Virus record (IMG/VR): IMGVR_UViG_3300015190_000004
Span: 1 to 43,558 of that record
Reading direction: 5' to 3' (one strand)
DNA length: 43,558 bases
Source: a virus
Lineage: Duplodnaviria; Caudoviricetes
The position numbers and the translations under genes were made by a program. Shown one piece after another: positions 6,766-15,023 of the stretch. The notes under the pieces were generated by a model. It was not told where the DNA came from. It searched no databases and saw nothing but the letters and a program-made list of their open reading frames with translations. The first letter of the stretch is position 1; the number at the start of each line of letters is the position of its first letter.

Positions 6766-8484
6766 GTGGCGGCGGGCGCGGCCATCGCCCGGGTACTCGA
6801 CGCTCTGGAACGGGCGTCCTGTCAACCGCGGCCCAAGGGCGAGGCGTACGAGTTCTTCTGCCCCATCCACGCCGACGGCGCCAACCGGGCCGGCGAGCTG
6901 CGCCAGGGCGACAAGGGCGCTCTGATCGTCTGCCACGCCGGCTGTGACCGTGACCTGCTCATCGCCGCTCTCGGGCTGCGGTGGTCCGACTTCATGGACG
7001 AGCAGGCCAGGGCCAAGGTCGACTGGCAGCACCCCGACGCCCGCTACGTCTACCGCAAGGCCAACGGCGAGCCGCTGTACGAGGTGCGCCGCATCGGCTT
7101 CGGCAAGGAGAAGCAGATTCGGCCGTGGTACCAGAACGGCGCCGGGTGGAAGATGGGCCTTCCCGATGGGCTGCGGGTGCCGTACCGGCTGCCCGAACTC
7201 ATCGAAGGCGTGGCCGCAGGCCGCACCATCTACATCACCGAGGGCGAGCGTGACGCCGACGCAGCCCACTCGCTGAACCTGTGCGCCACGACCAACGTCG
7301 GCGGGGCCAAGAAGTGGCTGCCCGAGTACAACTCCTTCCTCGCCGGCGCCGACGTCATCATCATCCCCGACCGTGACCCGGTGGGCTACGACCACGCCCG
7401 GCAGGTGTTCAACAACATCCGCCACCTGGCCAAGAGCATCCGGGTCTACGAGCCGGCTATCGGGAACGACCTGTGCGACCACCTGAGCGCCAAGCTGGGG
7501 CTCGATGACCTGCTGCCGTGCGACCTGTGGGCTGCACCGCCCACCGCTCCCGATGAGCCTGCCGTGGCGCCAAGCCCGGAGCAGATGCCCGAGCCTGACG
7601 AGGACATCGACACCTTCCTGGCCGGCGACGACCCCGAGTACGACTGGCTGATCCCGGCATGCCTCGAGCGGGGCGACCGCCTCATCCTGACCGGCCCCGA
7701 GGGTGGCGGCAAGAGCACGTTCCTTCGGCAGTTTGCCGTGCAGTGCGCCGCTGGCATTCACCCTTTCACGCTGGCTCCCATGACGGCTATTTCGGTCATG
7801 TACATCGACCTGGAGAACAGTAGAAAGCAGGTCCGGCGCAAGCTGCGACCGCTGCGACTAGCCGCCCGTGATATCGACCCGAACAACATGCGCATTCGCA
7901 TCGTGACCGAGGGCATCGACCTGCTCAGTGCCACCGATGTCGCCTTCCTCGAGGAGCGCATCGCCGTCAACAAGCCCGACCTGCTCATCATCGGGCCGCT
8001 GTACAAGCTCGTCGGCGACGACCCTGTGAAGGAGGAGCCGGCACGTAAGGCGGCGGCAGTCCTCGACCGGCTGCGCCAGGCGTACGGCTTCGCACTGCTC
8101 ATGGAGGCCCACGCACCCCACGCCGTGGGCATCTCCAAGCGGGTCGAGCGGCCCTACGGAGCCAGCCTGTGGATGCGCTGGCCTGAGTTCGGCCTGCACC
8201 TGGGCGCCGATGGTGCTCTGAACCACTGGCGGGGCGCCCGCGACGAGCGGGAGTGGCCCGTCCTGCTCCAGCGTGGCGGCGCCTGGCCGTGGACGCAGGT
8301 GACCGACTCCAAGGCCGTCACCTTCGCCCGGATGGTGCAGGCCCTCAGGTCCGCCGGGAAGCCCATGACTGAGCGGGAAGTGGCCGACGCCGTCGGCTCG
8401 AACCAGGCCCAGGTCCACCGTGCCATCGCCGCCAACCGTACCCAGTGGGAGGCCGAGTTGGCCTTCCTGGAGGAGGAGTTCTAG
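6766..8484 (+). CDS. DNA primase-helicase: Zn-binding domain + TOPRIM + RecA/AAA helicase + C-terminal HTH
   Basis: CPIH...CHAGC; ITEGERDAD and IIPDRD TOPRIM motifs; GPEGGGKS Walker A; MTEREVADAVGSNQAQVHRAI HTH. Confidence 0.88.
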   Translation: MAAGAAIARVLDALERASCQPRPKGEAYEFFCPIHADGANRAGELRQGDKGALIVCHAGCDRDLLIAALGLRWSDFMDEQARAKVDWQHPDARYVYRKANGEPLYEVRRIGFGKEKQIRPWYQNGAGWKMGLPDGLRVPYRLPELIEGVAAGRTIYITEGERDADAAHSLNLCATTNVGGAKKWLPEYNSFLAGADVIIIPDRDPVGYDHARQVFNNIRHLAKSIRVYEPAIGNDLCDHLSAKLGLDDLLPCDLWAAPPTAPDEPAVAPSPEQMPEPDEDIDTFLAGDDPEYDWLIPACLERGDRLILTGPEGGGKSTFLRQFAVQCAAGIHPFTLAPMTAISVMYIDLENSRKQVRRKLRPLRLAARDIDPNNMRIRIVTEGIDLLSATDVAFLEERIAVNKPDLLIIGPLYKLVGDDPVKEEPARKAAAVLDRLRQAYGFALLMEAHAPHAVGISKRVERPYGASLWMRWPEFGLHLGADGALNHWRGARDEREWPVLLQRGGAWPWTQVTDSKAVTFARMVQALRSAGKPMTEREVADAVGSNQAQVHRAIAANRTQWEAELAFLEEEF

Positions 8485-8494
8485 ATGACCGTGA

Positions 8495-8880
8495 ACCACA
8501 AAACCGCAGGTCAGGGCAGGTGAGCGGCCTTGATTCACGCCTTGATTCAGCTGATTCAGACCCTGAATCAAGAATCGTTCCCATTTCAAAAAGACAAAAC
8601 CGCAGGTCAGAGCAGGTGGGGACCATCAGGGAGGCGATCTTGATTCACTTGATTCAGATTCTGATTCAGGACAAAACCGCAGGTCAGGGCACGTGTGAGG
8701 GGCGTGAATCAGATTCCTTTGATTCATTTTCCGTTTCCACCCCCTCTGACCTGCATGTTTGCAATCTGATTCACGCCGGCCTACGCTGCTCCCGCAGCGT
8801 AGGTAGCGCTAGCTTGAATCAAGCGCTACCCCGGCGTGGCCAGCAGTCCGCTCTGAATCATCCGGCGAGCACCGAATCAG
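8495..8880. promoter_or_regulatory. Putative phage replication origin (iteron cluster)
   Basis: AT-rich; 12 TGAWTCA palindromes; CAAAACCGCAGGTCAG at 8499, 8595, 8672 plus an inverted variant at 8746-8761; hairpins at 8780-8830; directly downstream of the primase-helicase. Confidence 0.7.
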
Positions 8881-8926
8881 CCCTCCGCTGGATCGCTGAG
8901 TGCCGACGCCAGCTAGGGGCCAGCGC

Positions 8927-9073
8927 ATGACCCCCGAGACGACCTGCGCCCGCTGCGGCGTGGTGATCTTGCCGGCGGCGCCGGCCGTGAGCTGGGGCCA
9001 ACGAGCGATCGTGATGCACCCCGGCTGCTGGGACGCCGAACAGCGTGCGACGACGAACGGGGCGAGCCGGTGA
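8927..9073 (+). CDS. Small CxxC...HxxC Zn-binding protein (48 aa)
   Basis: MTPETTCARCG...MHPGCW; GTGA-coupled to next gene. Confidence 0.55.
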   Translation: MTPETTCARCGVVILPAAPAVSWGQRAIVMHPGCWDAEQRATTNGASR

Positions 9074-9630
9074 CCAACGCCGCCGAGTGGTGGCTCATGG
9101 CCGAGTTGTGCATCGCCATGGCCGACGCCAGCCCCGAGCTCGAACGGCTCCGGGCCATCGGCACCGGCCTGGACGGCTACGGGACGGGCGGATCGGAGCG
9201 AAGTGGGCCTGGGACCACCGCCAACCCCACATTGGCCGTTCTCGTGGCTCTGGCGGGCGGTACAGGCGATTCTGCCGACGTCTGGGTCGTGCCGAACGAC
9301 CAGATCGGCCTGCTCCTGGGCAAACTGGCCGACCAGAGCGCCCAGATGGCGGGCTGTGCCCGGCGCATCGCCGGCCTCAAGCGGCTCATCGACGGACGGG
9401 CCGATTCGAGGGTCGGGCGCCAGTCCACCGTCACCGACTGCCTGGCCTGCGAAGCCAGCGTGTCGGGCGTGGGCGCCGACCGGGTGCGCTCCGGGTACTG
9501 CCCGGCGTGCCACCAGGCGTGGTTGCGATTCCGATCTGCGGAGAACGGCGCCGGGCGCAGCGCCGACCACGAACTGTTCCGGCGTCAACGCCGAAAGTCC
9601 GTCGAGCGAAACAGGGAGCGTGCGTCGTGA
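9070..9630 (+). CDS. Hypothetical protein with C-terminal CxxC...CxxC (possible late regulator by position)
   Basis: CLAC...YCPAC, basic tail; last substantial gene before the packaging module. Confidence 0.65.
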   Translation: MTNAAEWWLMAELCIAMADASPELERLRAIGTGLDGYGTGGSERSGPGTTANPTLAVLVALAGGTGDSADVWVVPNDQIGLLLGKLADQSAQMAGCARRIAGLKRLIDGRADSRVGRQSTVTDCLACEASVSGVGADRVRSGYCPACHQAWLRFRSAENGAGRSADHELFRRQRRKSVERNRERAS

Positions 9631-9743
9631 GACTGCCCAAGGGTGCCGAGTGCGAGTGCATGGCCGAGGGCTGCGGGTTGTTTTTCACCGACGAGTCGGC
9701 GAGTACCAGCGGGCGAGTGGCCCAACGTGGGGGTGGCCAGTGA
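9627..9743 (+). pseudogene. Truncated paralogue of the 2818-3033 Zn-finger gene
   Basis: MRLPKGAECECMAEGCGLFFTDESA matches MRLPKGAECQCMEATCGLFFTGESA, then diverges and stops. Confidence 0.65.
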
Positions 9744-9972
9744 GGGTGCCATGGTGGCAGGAGCGCCGAGGCGAGACGCCATGCGGCGACGAAACGGCCG
9801 AGAGTGGACCCACGGAGCCTGAAGAGGTTTCGGTGGCCTCTAGCGCCGCCCTGCGGTAGTGGGCACTTCTAGGGTGGTTGTTGCGCCCGTATCCACGACC
9901 TGCTACACCTTGGCTAGTTTGGCGGGTGGTGACCCAGTGGGTGCGAAGTGTCGGCGGAGTGGGCGGTCACTG

Positions 9973-10269
9973 ATGGGAGCGCCTGAACTCAACGGCGGTA
10001 AGCGCCGGGCCCTCGTCGCCAGGGTGCGCAGGGAAGAGCCGAACTGCTGGCTATGCGGCTACCCCATCGACCTGACCCTCCCGTGTTGGCCCACCCCTCA
10101 CCCGCAGTCGAGCACGGTCGACGAGGTCATCCCTCGCTCGCTCCACCCTCGTGGCCCTCGGTTCGCAGCGCTCGACCGTGCCAACTGTCGCCACGCTCAC
10201 CGCATCTGCAACCTGCGGCGTGGCAACCGGGTCGATCACCGCCCACCTGTGCAGAGCCGGCAGTGGTAG
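9973..10269 (+). CDS. Packaging-associated HNH endonuclease (HK97 gp74-like)
   Basis: CWLCG...STVDEVIP...AHRICNLRRGN immediately upstream of TerS. Confidence 0.82.
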   Translation: MGAPELNGGKRRALVARVRREEPNCWLCGYPIDLTLPCWPTPHPQSSTVDEVIPRSLHPRGPRFAALDRANCRHAHRICNLRRGNRVDHRPPVQSRQW

Positions 10270-10392
10270 GGCGGGGGGGGTCAAATCGCTGCGGCGCCCG
10301 GCGGCGGATACCCCTCGCTACCCCCCGAAAAACCATCCCCAAGCCGTCAGGATTCGCCCCTGGCGCCCATTTCCGTCCGCTCGGGAGTCCAG

Positions 10393-10770
10393 ATGCCCGC
10401 CAAGAAGCCCTCAGAGGTCGCTCAGACGCCCAGGAAGCGCCTAGAAGCGCTTCAGGCGACCCTGGAGGCCGCTATCGCCAAAGCGGCCACTGCTGGCGAG
10501 GACAAGCAGGGCCAGATCGCCCCCCTCGCCAACCAACTCAGGCTGACGATGGAGGCCATCGCCAAGCTGCCGGACGCCAAGACGAAGTCGACGCTCGATG
10601 AGCTCAAAAACCGCCGTGCTGCTCGGAGCGCAAACGCCGAGGTACCAGCTCGTGCCGCCGGCCAAGTCGTCGGCGGGCCCCGACGCAGTGGACCTGGCGG
10701 CAAGCGCGGGTCTGATCCTGGACCCGTGGCAGGAACTCGTCCTCGAAGGAGCACTGGCCGAAGCGCCTGA
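10393..10770 (+). CDS. terS: Terminase small subunit
   Basis: Position; helical; LDELKNRRAAR motif; RBS GGGAG; overlaps TerL. Confidence 0.65.
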   Translation: MPAKKPSEVAQTPRKRLEALQATLEAAIAKAATAGEDKQGQIAPLANQLRLTMEAIAKLPDAKTKSTLDELKNRRAARSANAEVPARAAGQVVGGPRRSGPGGKRGSDPGPVAGTRPRRSTGRSA

Positions 10771-11278
10771 CGGCCGCTGGGCCGCCACCGAGGTGGCCCT
10801 GGTCGTCCCCCGCCAGAACGGAAAGGGGGGCATCCTCGAAGCCCGGGAACTCGCCGGCCTGTTCCTGTTCGAAGAGCGCCTGATCCTGCACTCAGCCCAC
10901 GAGTTCAAGACCGCGGCCGAAGCATTCAAGCGTCTGCTGTTCCTCATCCAGAACACCCCCGACCTGGAGCAGCGGGTCCACCGTGTTCGTACCGCCCACG
11001 GCGACGAGGGCATCGAGCTCAAGGGCGGCCAGCGCATCAAGTTCGTGGCTCGCTCCACCGGCTCCGGCCGTGGCTTCGCAGCCGATTGCATCATCCTCGA
11101 CGAGGCGTACAACCTCAGCGACGCCGGCATGTCGGCCCTCTTCCCGACCATGGCCGCCATCCGCAACCCGCAGCTCTGGTACACGTCCTCCGCACCCCTG
11201 CCCCGACAGGAATCCGACACCCTCCGACGCCTCTGCAAGCGAGGCCGAGCCGGCGCCCGAGAGGCGATGGCAGCGTGA
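10598..11278 (+). CDS. terL: Terminase large subunit, ATPase domain
   Basis: LDPWQ, VPRQNGKG Walker A, GRG, IILDEA Walker B, YTSSA coupling motif. Confidence 0.9.
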   Translation: MSSKTAVLLGAQTPRYQLVPPAKSSAGPDAVDLAASAGLILDPWQELVLEGALAEAPDGRWAATEVALVVPRQNGKGGILEARELAGLFLFEERLILHSAHEFKTAAEAFKRLLFLIQNTPDLEQRVHRVRTAHGDEGIELKGGQRIKFVARSTGSGRGFAADCIILDEAYNLSDAGMSALFPTMAAIRNPQLWYTSSAPLPRQESDTLRRLCKRGRAGAREAMAA

Positions 11279-12087
11279 GCCCCCTCGCCTACTTCGAGTG
11301 GAGCGCCCCCGACGACGCCGAGCACGATGACCCCGAGGCGTGGGCGGCGGCCAATCCAGCCCTCGGCATCCGCATAAACCCCGACTTCATCGCCACCGAA
11401 ATGGGCGCGCTCGAAGCCGAGGACTTTGCCCGGGAGCGCCTGGGCATCTTCCCCGAGGACGTCGACAACCTCCAGCCGGCCATCGACGAGAACGACTGGC
11501 GGGCCTGTGCTTCGCCAACGTCCACCGTCACCGGCCCGATCGTCTTCGCCTTCGAGGTCAGCGTCGACCGCAAATGGGCGGTCATCGCCACCGCCGGCGC
11601 ATCCTCCCTCGGCGGCACCCACGTCGAGATCGTCGACAATCGACGCCGTACCGGCTGGGTCGTCAACCGTCTGATCGAGCTACGGGACGCTCACCAGCCG
11701 GCGTCCATCATCTGCAACCCCGCCGGGCCCGCTGGCGGCCTCGTCCCCGCATGCCAGCGCCTCGGCCTCGAAATAGGACTTCCCGAGATCACCAACGGCA
11801 AGACGAAGCTCCGCCCGCTGGGCGGCCGGGACTACGCCCAAGCCTGCGCCGCCGCCTTCGACGCCGTGACCGAGCACCAGTGGCGTCACATCGACCAGCC
11901 CGAACTCACCACCGCAGCCTCCGGCGCCGTCAAGCGCACCACCGGCGACGCCTGGGTATTCGACCGCCAGGCCGGCATCGACATCTCGCCGCTGGCAGCA
12001 GTGACCATCGCCGCATGGGCCGCCGGCCGCCCCGAGCACACCGATGGCCCATCCGTCTATCAGGACCGTGGTCTCTTCGTGATCTGA
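11275..12087 (+). CDS. terL: Terminase large subunit, nuclease domain (separate ORF)
   Basis: YFEWSA, WAAANPALG, FARERLG, DISPLAAVTIA; GTG overlaps the TGA of the ATPase ORF. Confidence 0.85.
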   Translation: MSPLAYFEWSAPDDAEHDDPEAWAAANPALGIRINPDFIATEMGALEAEDFARERLGIFPEDVDNLQPAIDENDWRACASPTSTVTGPIVFAFEVSVDRKWAVIATAGASSLGGTHVEIVDNRRRTGWVVNRLIELRDAHQPASIICNPAGPAGGLVPACQRLGLEIGLPEITNGKTKLRPLGGRDYAQACAAAFDAVTEHQWRHIDQPELTTAASGAVKRTTGDAWVFDRQAGIDISPLAAVTIAAWAAGRPEHTDGPSVYQDRGLFVI

Positions 12088-12108
12088 CGCAAGAAGGGCC
12101 GGTGGCCG

Positions 12109-12402
12109 TTGACCGAAGTCGCAGTCGCCGCCCTCTGCATCTTCTCCGGGCTCATCGGCGCCTTCATCGCCTGGTCGGTCACCAACCAGCCGCTCGGGTC
12201 GATCATCCGTGACCGCATCCGCCGCCCCGTTGTCGTCACGCTGAAGACGGCCGAGACGTACCGCGGCGTGCTCTACGAAGCCGACCCCCACGCCATCGTC
12301 CTGCGCAGCACGTTCCTGCTCAATCCAGACGGAAGTCGTGTGTCGGTCGACGGCGAAGTCCTGATTCTCCGTGGGGACATCGCCTACGTACAGATGCTCT
12401 AA
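12109..12402 (+). CDS. Sm/LSm(Hfq)-like fold protein with N-terminal hydrophobic helix
   Basis: Sm1-like VVVTLKTAETYRGVLYEADPHAIVL and Sm2-like GEVLILRGDIAYVQ. Confidence 0.65.
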   Translation: MTEVAVAALCIFSGLIGAFIAWSVTNQPLGSIIRDRIRRPVVVTLKTAETYRGVLYEADPHAIVLRSTFLLNPDGSRVSVDGEVLILRGDIAYVQML

Positions 12403-12417
12403 GGGGGAGGCCCGCCC

Positions 12418-13941
12418 ATGCTGATCAGCGGTGGCGAACTCGTCCTCTCCGACACCACGCCGGCCTTTGCCCGCCAGAACTACTACCCGAACACCGGCCT
12501 CAACCTCACGGCGCTGTTTGCGTCCTACGGGACCATCTACCGCAACCAGCTCTGGGTCTTCGTGGTGGTCCGCAAGCGCAGCCTGGCGACCGCCCGCCTG
12601 CCGCTGAAGGTCTACGAGCGCACCGACGCCGGCCGGGCCGAGGCCAGGGACACCCCCTACGCCCAACTTCTCCGCAAGCCCAACCCGAAGCACGACCCGT
12701 TCTTCCTGTGGCTCTGGACCTCATCCACGGTGGATGTCTACGGCGAGGCCATGTGGGTCAAGGTGCGTGGCTCCAACGGTCAGCCCAAAGAGGTCTGGCC
12801 CATGCACCCGTCGCTGGTGCAGATACGCCGCATCCCCAACGAGGCCACCGGCGAGACGGAGACGTTCTACGGCTACCTCGGCGGCATGGCCGCCACCGTC
12901 CCCGTGCTGCTCATCCCCGAGCGTGACGTCGTCCACTTCAAGGGCTACAACCCCGACACCACGGCCCGGGGCATGTCGCCGCTGGAGCCGCTGCGCCAGA
13001 CCATCGTCAACGAAGACGCCGCCCGCAGGGCCTCCTCCGCCTTCTGGGCCAACGGCAGCCGCCCGAGCGTCGTGCTCTCGACGGATGGCAACTTCAAGAA
13101 CAACCTCCCCGCCCTTGAGCGTCTGAAGGCTGACTGGGAAGCGATCCACAAGGGCGTCGACAACTTCGGCAAGACGGCCATCCTCGAAGAGGGCCTCACT
13201 CCCCACATCATCAGCCAGTCGGCCGAGGAGTCGCAGTACGAGGCGTCCCGGCGCCTGAACCGTGAAGAAGTGTGCGCCTGCTACGACATGCCCCCCACCG
13301 TCGTCGGCATCCTCGACCACGCCACCTTCGCCAACGTCACCGAGCTGCAACGCTCGCTCTACCGGGACACCATGGCGCCCCACCTGGGCGGCCTCGAATC
13401 GACCCTCGACCACCAGCTCCGCCCCGACTTCGGTGCCGACGCCCTGTACGCCGAGTTCCTCATGGACGAGGTGCTACGAGGCGACTTCGAACTGCGCTCC
13501 GACGCTTACCAGAAGGGCATCAACTCGGGCTGGATCAAGCCCAGCGAGGTCCGTCGAGCGGAGAACATGCCCGACGCCGGCCCCGACGCCGACCGCCTGT
13601 TCATCAACAGCACCATCATTCCGATCGACGCCACCTCAAGACGCACCACTCCCGAGCCCGCTGCGCCCGACGACATCATCGGCCCGACCTCGCCCCCCGG
13701 TGCGGCCGCAGCTCCTGGCGCCACGGCTACTCCTCCTGCGGGGCCCAAGTCCCTGAGCACAGCGCAGGTCCGCTCCGTGTTGGGGCGCCTCGGTCGCTAC
13801 AAGGCCCTCGACGACGTCGACCCGGGCCGACTCACCGCCGGCCTCAACGGAGAGACGGAAGTGGTGCTCGACGCTCTCGCCTCGGCCAAGAGCATCGACG
13901 ACCTCCGCCTCCTCATCAAGTCGCTCGAAGGAGCTGCATGA
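12418..13941 (+). CDS. HK97-family portal protein
   Basis: LLRKPNP, YGEA, VVHFK, GMSPLE, FWANG, ILEEG, EVRRAENMP; strong RBS. Confidence 0.93.
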   Translation: MLISGGELVLSDTTPAFARQNYYPNTGLNLTALFASYGTIYRNQLWVFVVVRKRSLATARLPLKVYERTDAGRAEARDTPYAQLLRKPNPKHDPFFLWLWTSSTVDVYGEAMWVKVRGSNGQPKEVWPMHPSLVQIRRIPNEATGETETFYGYLGGMAATVPVLLIPERDVVHFKGYNPDTTARGMSPLEPLRQTIVNEDAARRASSAFWANGSRPSVVLSTDGNFKNNLPALERLKADWEAIHKGVDNFGKTAILEEGLTPHIISQSAEESQYEASRRLNREEVCACYDMPPTVVGILDHATFANVTELQRSLYRDTMAPHLGGLESTLDHQLRPDFGADALYAEFLMDEVLRGDFELRSDAYQKGINSGWIKPSEVRRAENMPDAGPDADRLFINSTIIPIDATSRRTTPEPAAPDDIIGPTSPPGAAAAPGATATPPAGPKSLSTAQVRSVLGRLGRYKALDDVDPGRLTAGLNGETEVVLDALASAKSIDDLRLLIKSLEGAA

Positions 13942-14954
13942 CGATCAAAACGACATCCTTCGCACTGGCTGAGGTGAAGTCGGCCACCACCGACGACCCC
14001 AACGGTGCCTTCGAGGCGGTCCTGTCGGCCCCGACTCTCGACCGTGACGGCGAGGTCATCGACGCCGGCGCCTTCGACCCGCTGCCGTCACGAATCACCA
14101 TCGACATGGACCACGGCCTCTCCATGGCGACCACGGTCGGCAGCGGGACGCCCTACTACGACGGCGACGTGCTCAAGATCAGCGGCACCTTCGCCTCGAT
14201 TCCCCGAGCCCAAGAGGCTCGGGCGCTGGTGGCCGAGGGGCACATCTCAACGATGTCGGTGGCATTCATGGGCGCCCAGAAGACCAAGGCCAAGGACGGC
14301 CCGTCGCACGTCACCAAGGCCGAACTCCTCAACGCCGCCTTCGTGGCCGTCCCGAGCAACCGGGATGCCCTGGTCCTGTCGGCCAAGGCCATGAACGACA
14401 AGGCCGGCGCCCGCAACTCCAAGGCCGACGCCCAGATGATCCAGGCCGTCCACGACCACGCAGCCGCCCTCGGTGCCGACTGCTCTGGTGCGAAGTCCAT
14501 CGGGCGCCGGGTCGACACCAAGACGACCGTGGCAGGCTCCTACGAGGACCGCCAGGAAGATATCCAAGAGGCGCTGGTCGAGGCGAACACCGGTGCCATC
14601 CGCGCCGCCTATCCGAACGCCGACCCTGGCGAGTACGGGTGGCTCATCCACATCGTCGCAACCTTCGATGATCGGGTCGTCTACCAGATCGGATGGGACG
14701 ACGACGACGCATGGCAGGTCACCTACACCTGGGACGGCGAAGAGGTCACTCTCGCAGGAAACCCCGAGCACGTCACCGTCGACCAAGTCGTAACCGTGTC
14801 GCCTGACGACGAAACAACCCGCTCCGTGAAGCCCGAGGACGCCGCCGCCAAGGCCGCAGCGATCTCTCCGGCCGAAGCCGAAGCGGAAGCAGAGTTCCAC
14901 ATCTGGGCGAGAGCCATTTCGTTGGTGGCGTTCGCCGCCGCTGCCGCCGTCTAA
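13938..14954 (+). CDS. HK97-type prohead maturation protease with C-terminal extension
   Basis: DRDGEVIDAGAF, DH, MSVAF, ELLNAAFVAVPSN; RBS AAGGAG; start 13938 rather than 13272. Confidence 0.87.
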   Translation: MTIKTTSFALAEVKSATTDDPNGAFEAVLSAPTLDRDGEVIDAGAFDPLPSRITIDMDHGLSMATTVGSGTPYYDGDVLKISGTFASIPRAQEARALVAEGHISTMSVAFMGAQKTKAKDGPSHVTKAELLNAAFVAVPSNRDALVLSAKAMNDKAGARNSKADAQMIQAVHDHAAALGADCSGAKSIGRRVDTKTTVAGSYEDRQEDIQEALVEANTGAIRAAYPNADPGEYGWLIHIVATFDDRVVYQIGWDDDDAWQVTYTWDGEEVTLAGNPEHVTVDQVVTVSPDDETTRSVKPEDAAAKAAAISPAEAEAEAEFHIWARAISLVAFAAAAAV

Positions 14955-15023
14955 GTCCTTTACCCCTTCCGAGTCCAGGCCCTCTCCGGGCCTGCTCGCC
15001 GCGCCCCGAAACGGAGCCAAGAC

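Noticed and set aside
8445-8930. 161-aa ORF over the origin
   Set aside because: Translation is dominated by the DNA repeats and lacks the genome's codon bias; a short real gene at its 3' end cannot be excluded
13272-13937. Long N-terminal extensions in the ORF track (also 1186, 1874, 4359, 6601, 11086, 18179, 28068, 33163)
   Set aside because: Arg/Pro-rich off-frame overlaps of upstream genes; coupled starts with RBS lie downstream
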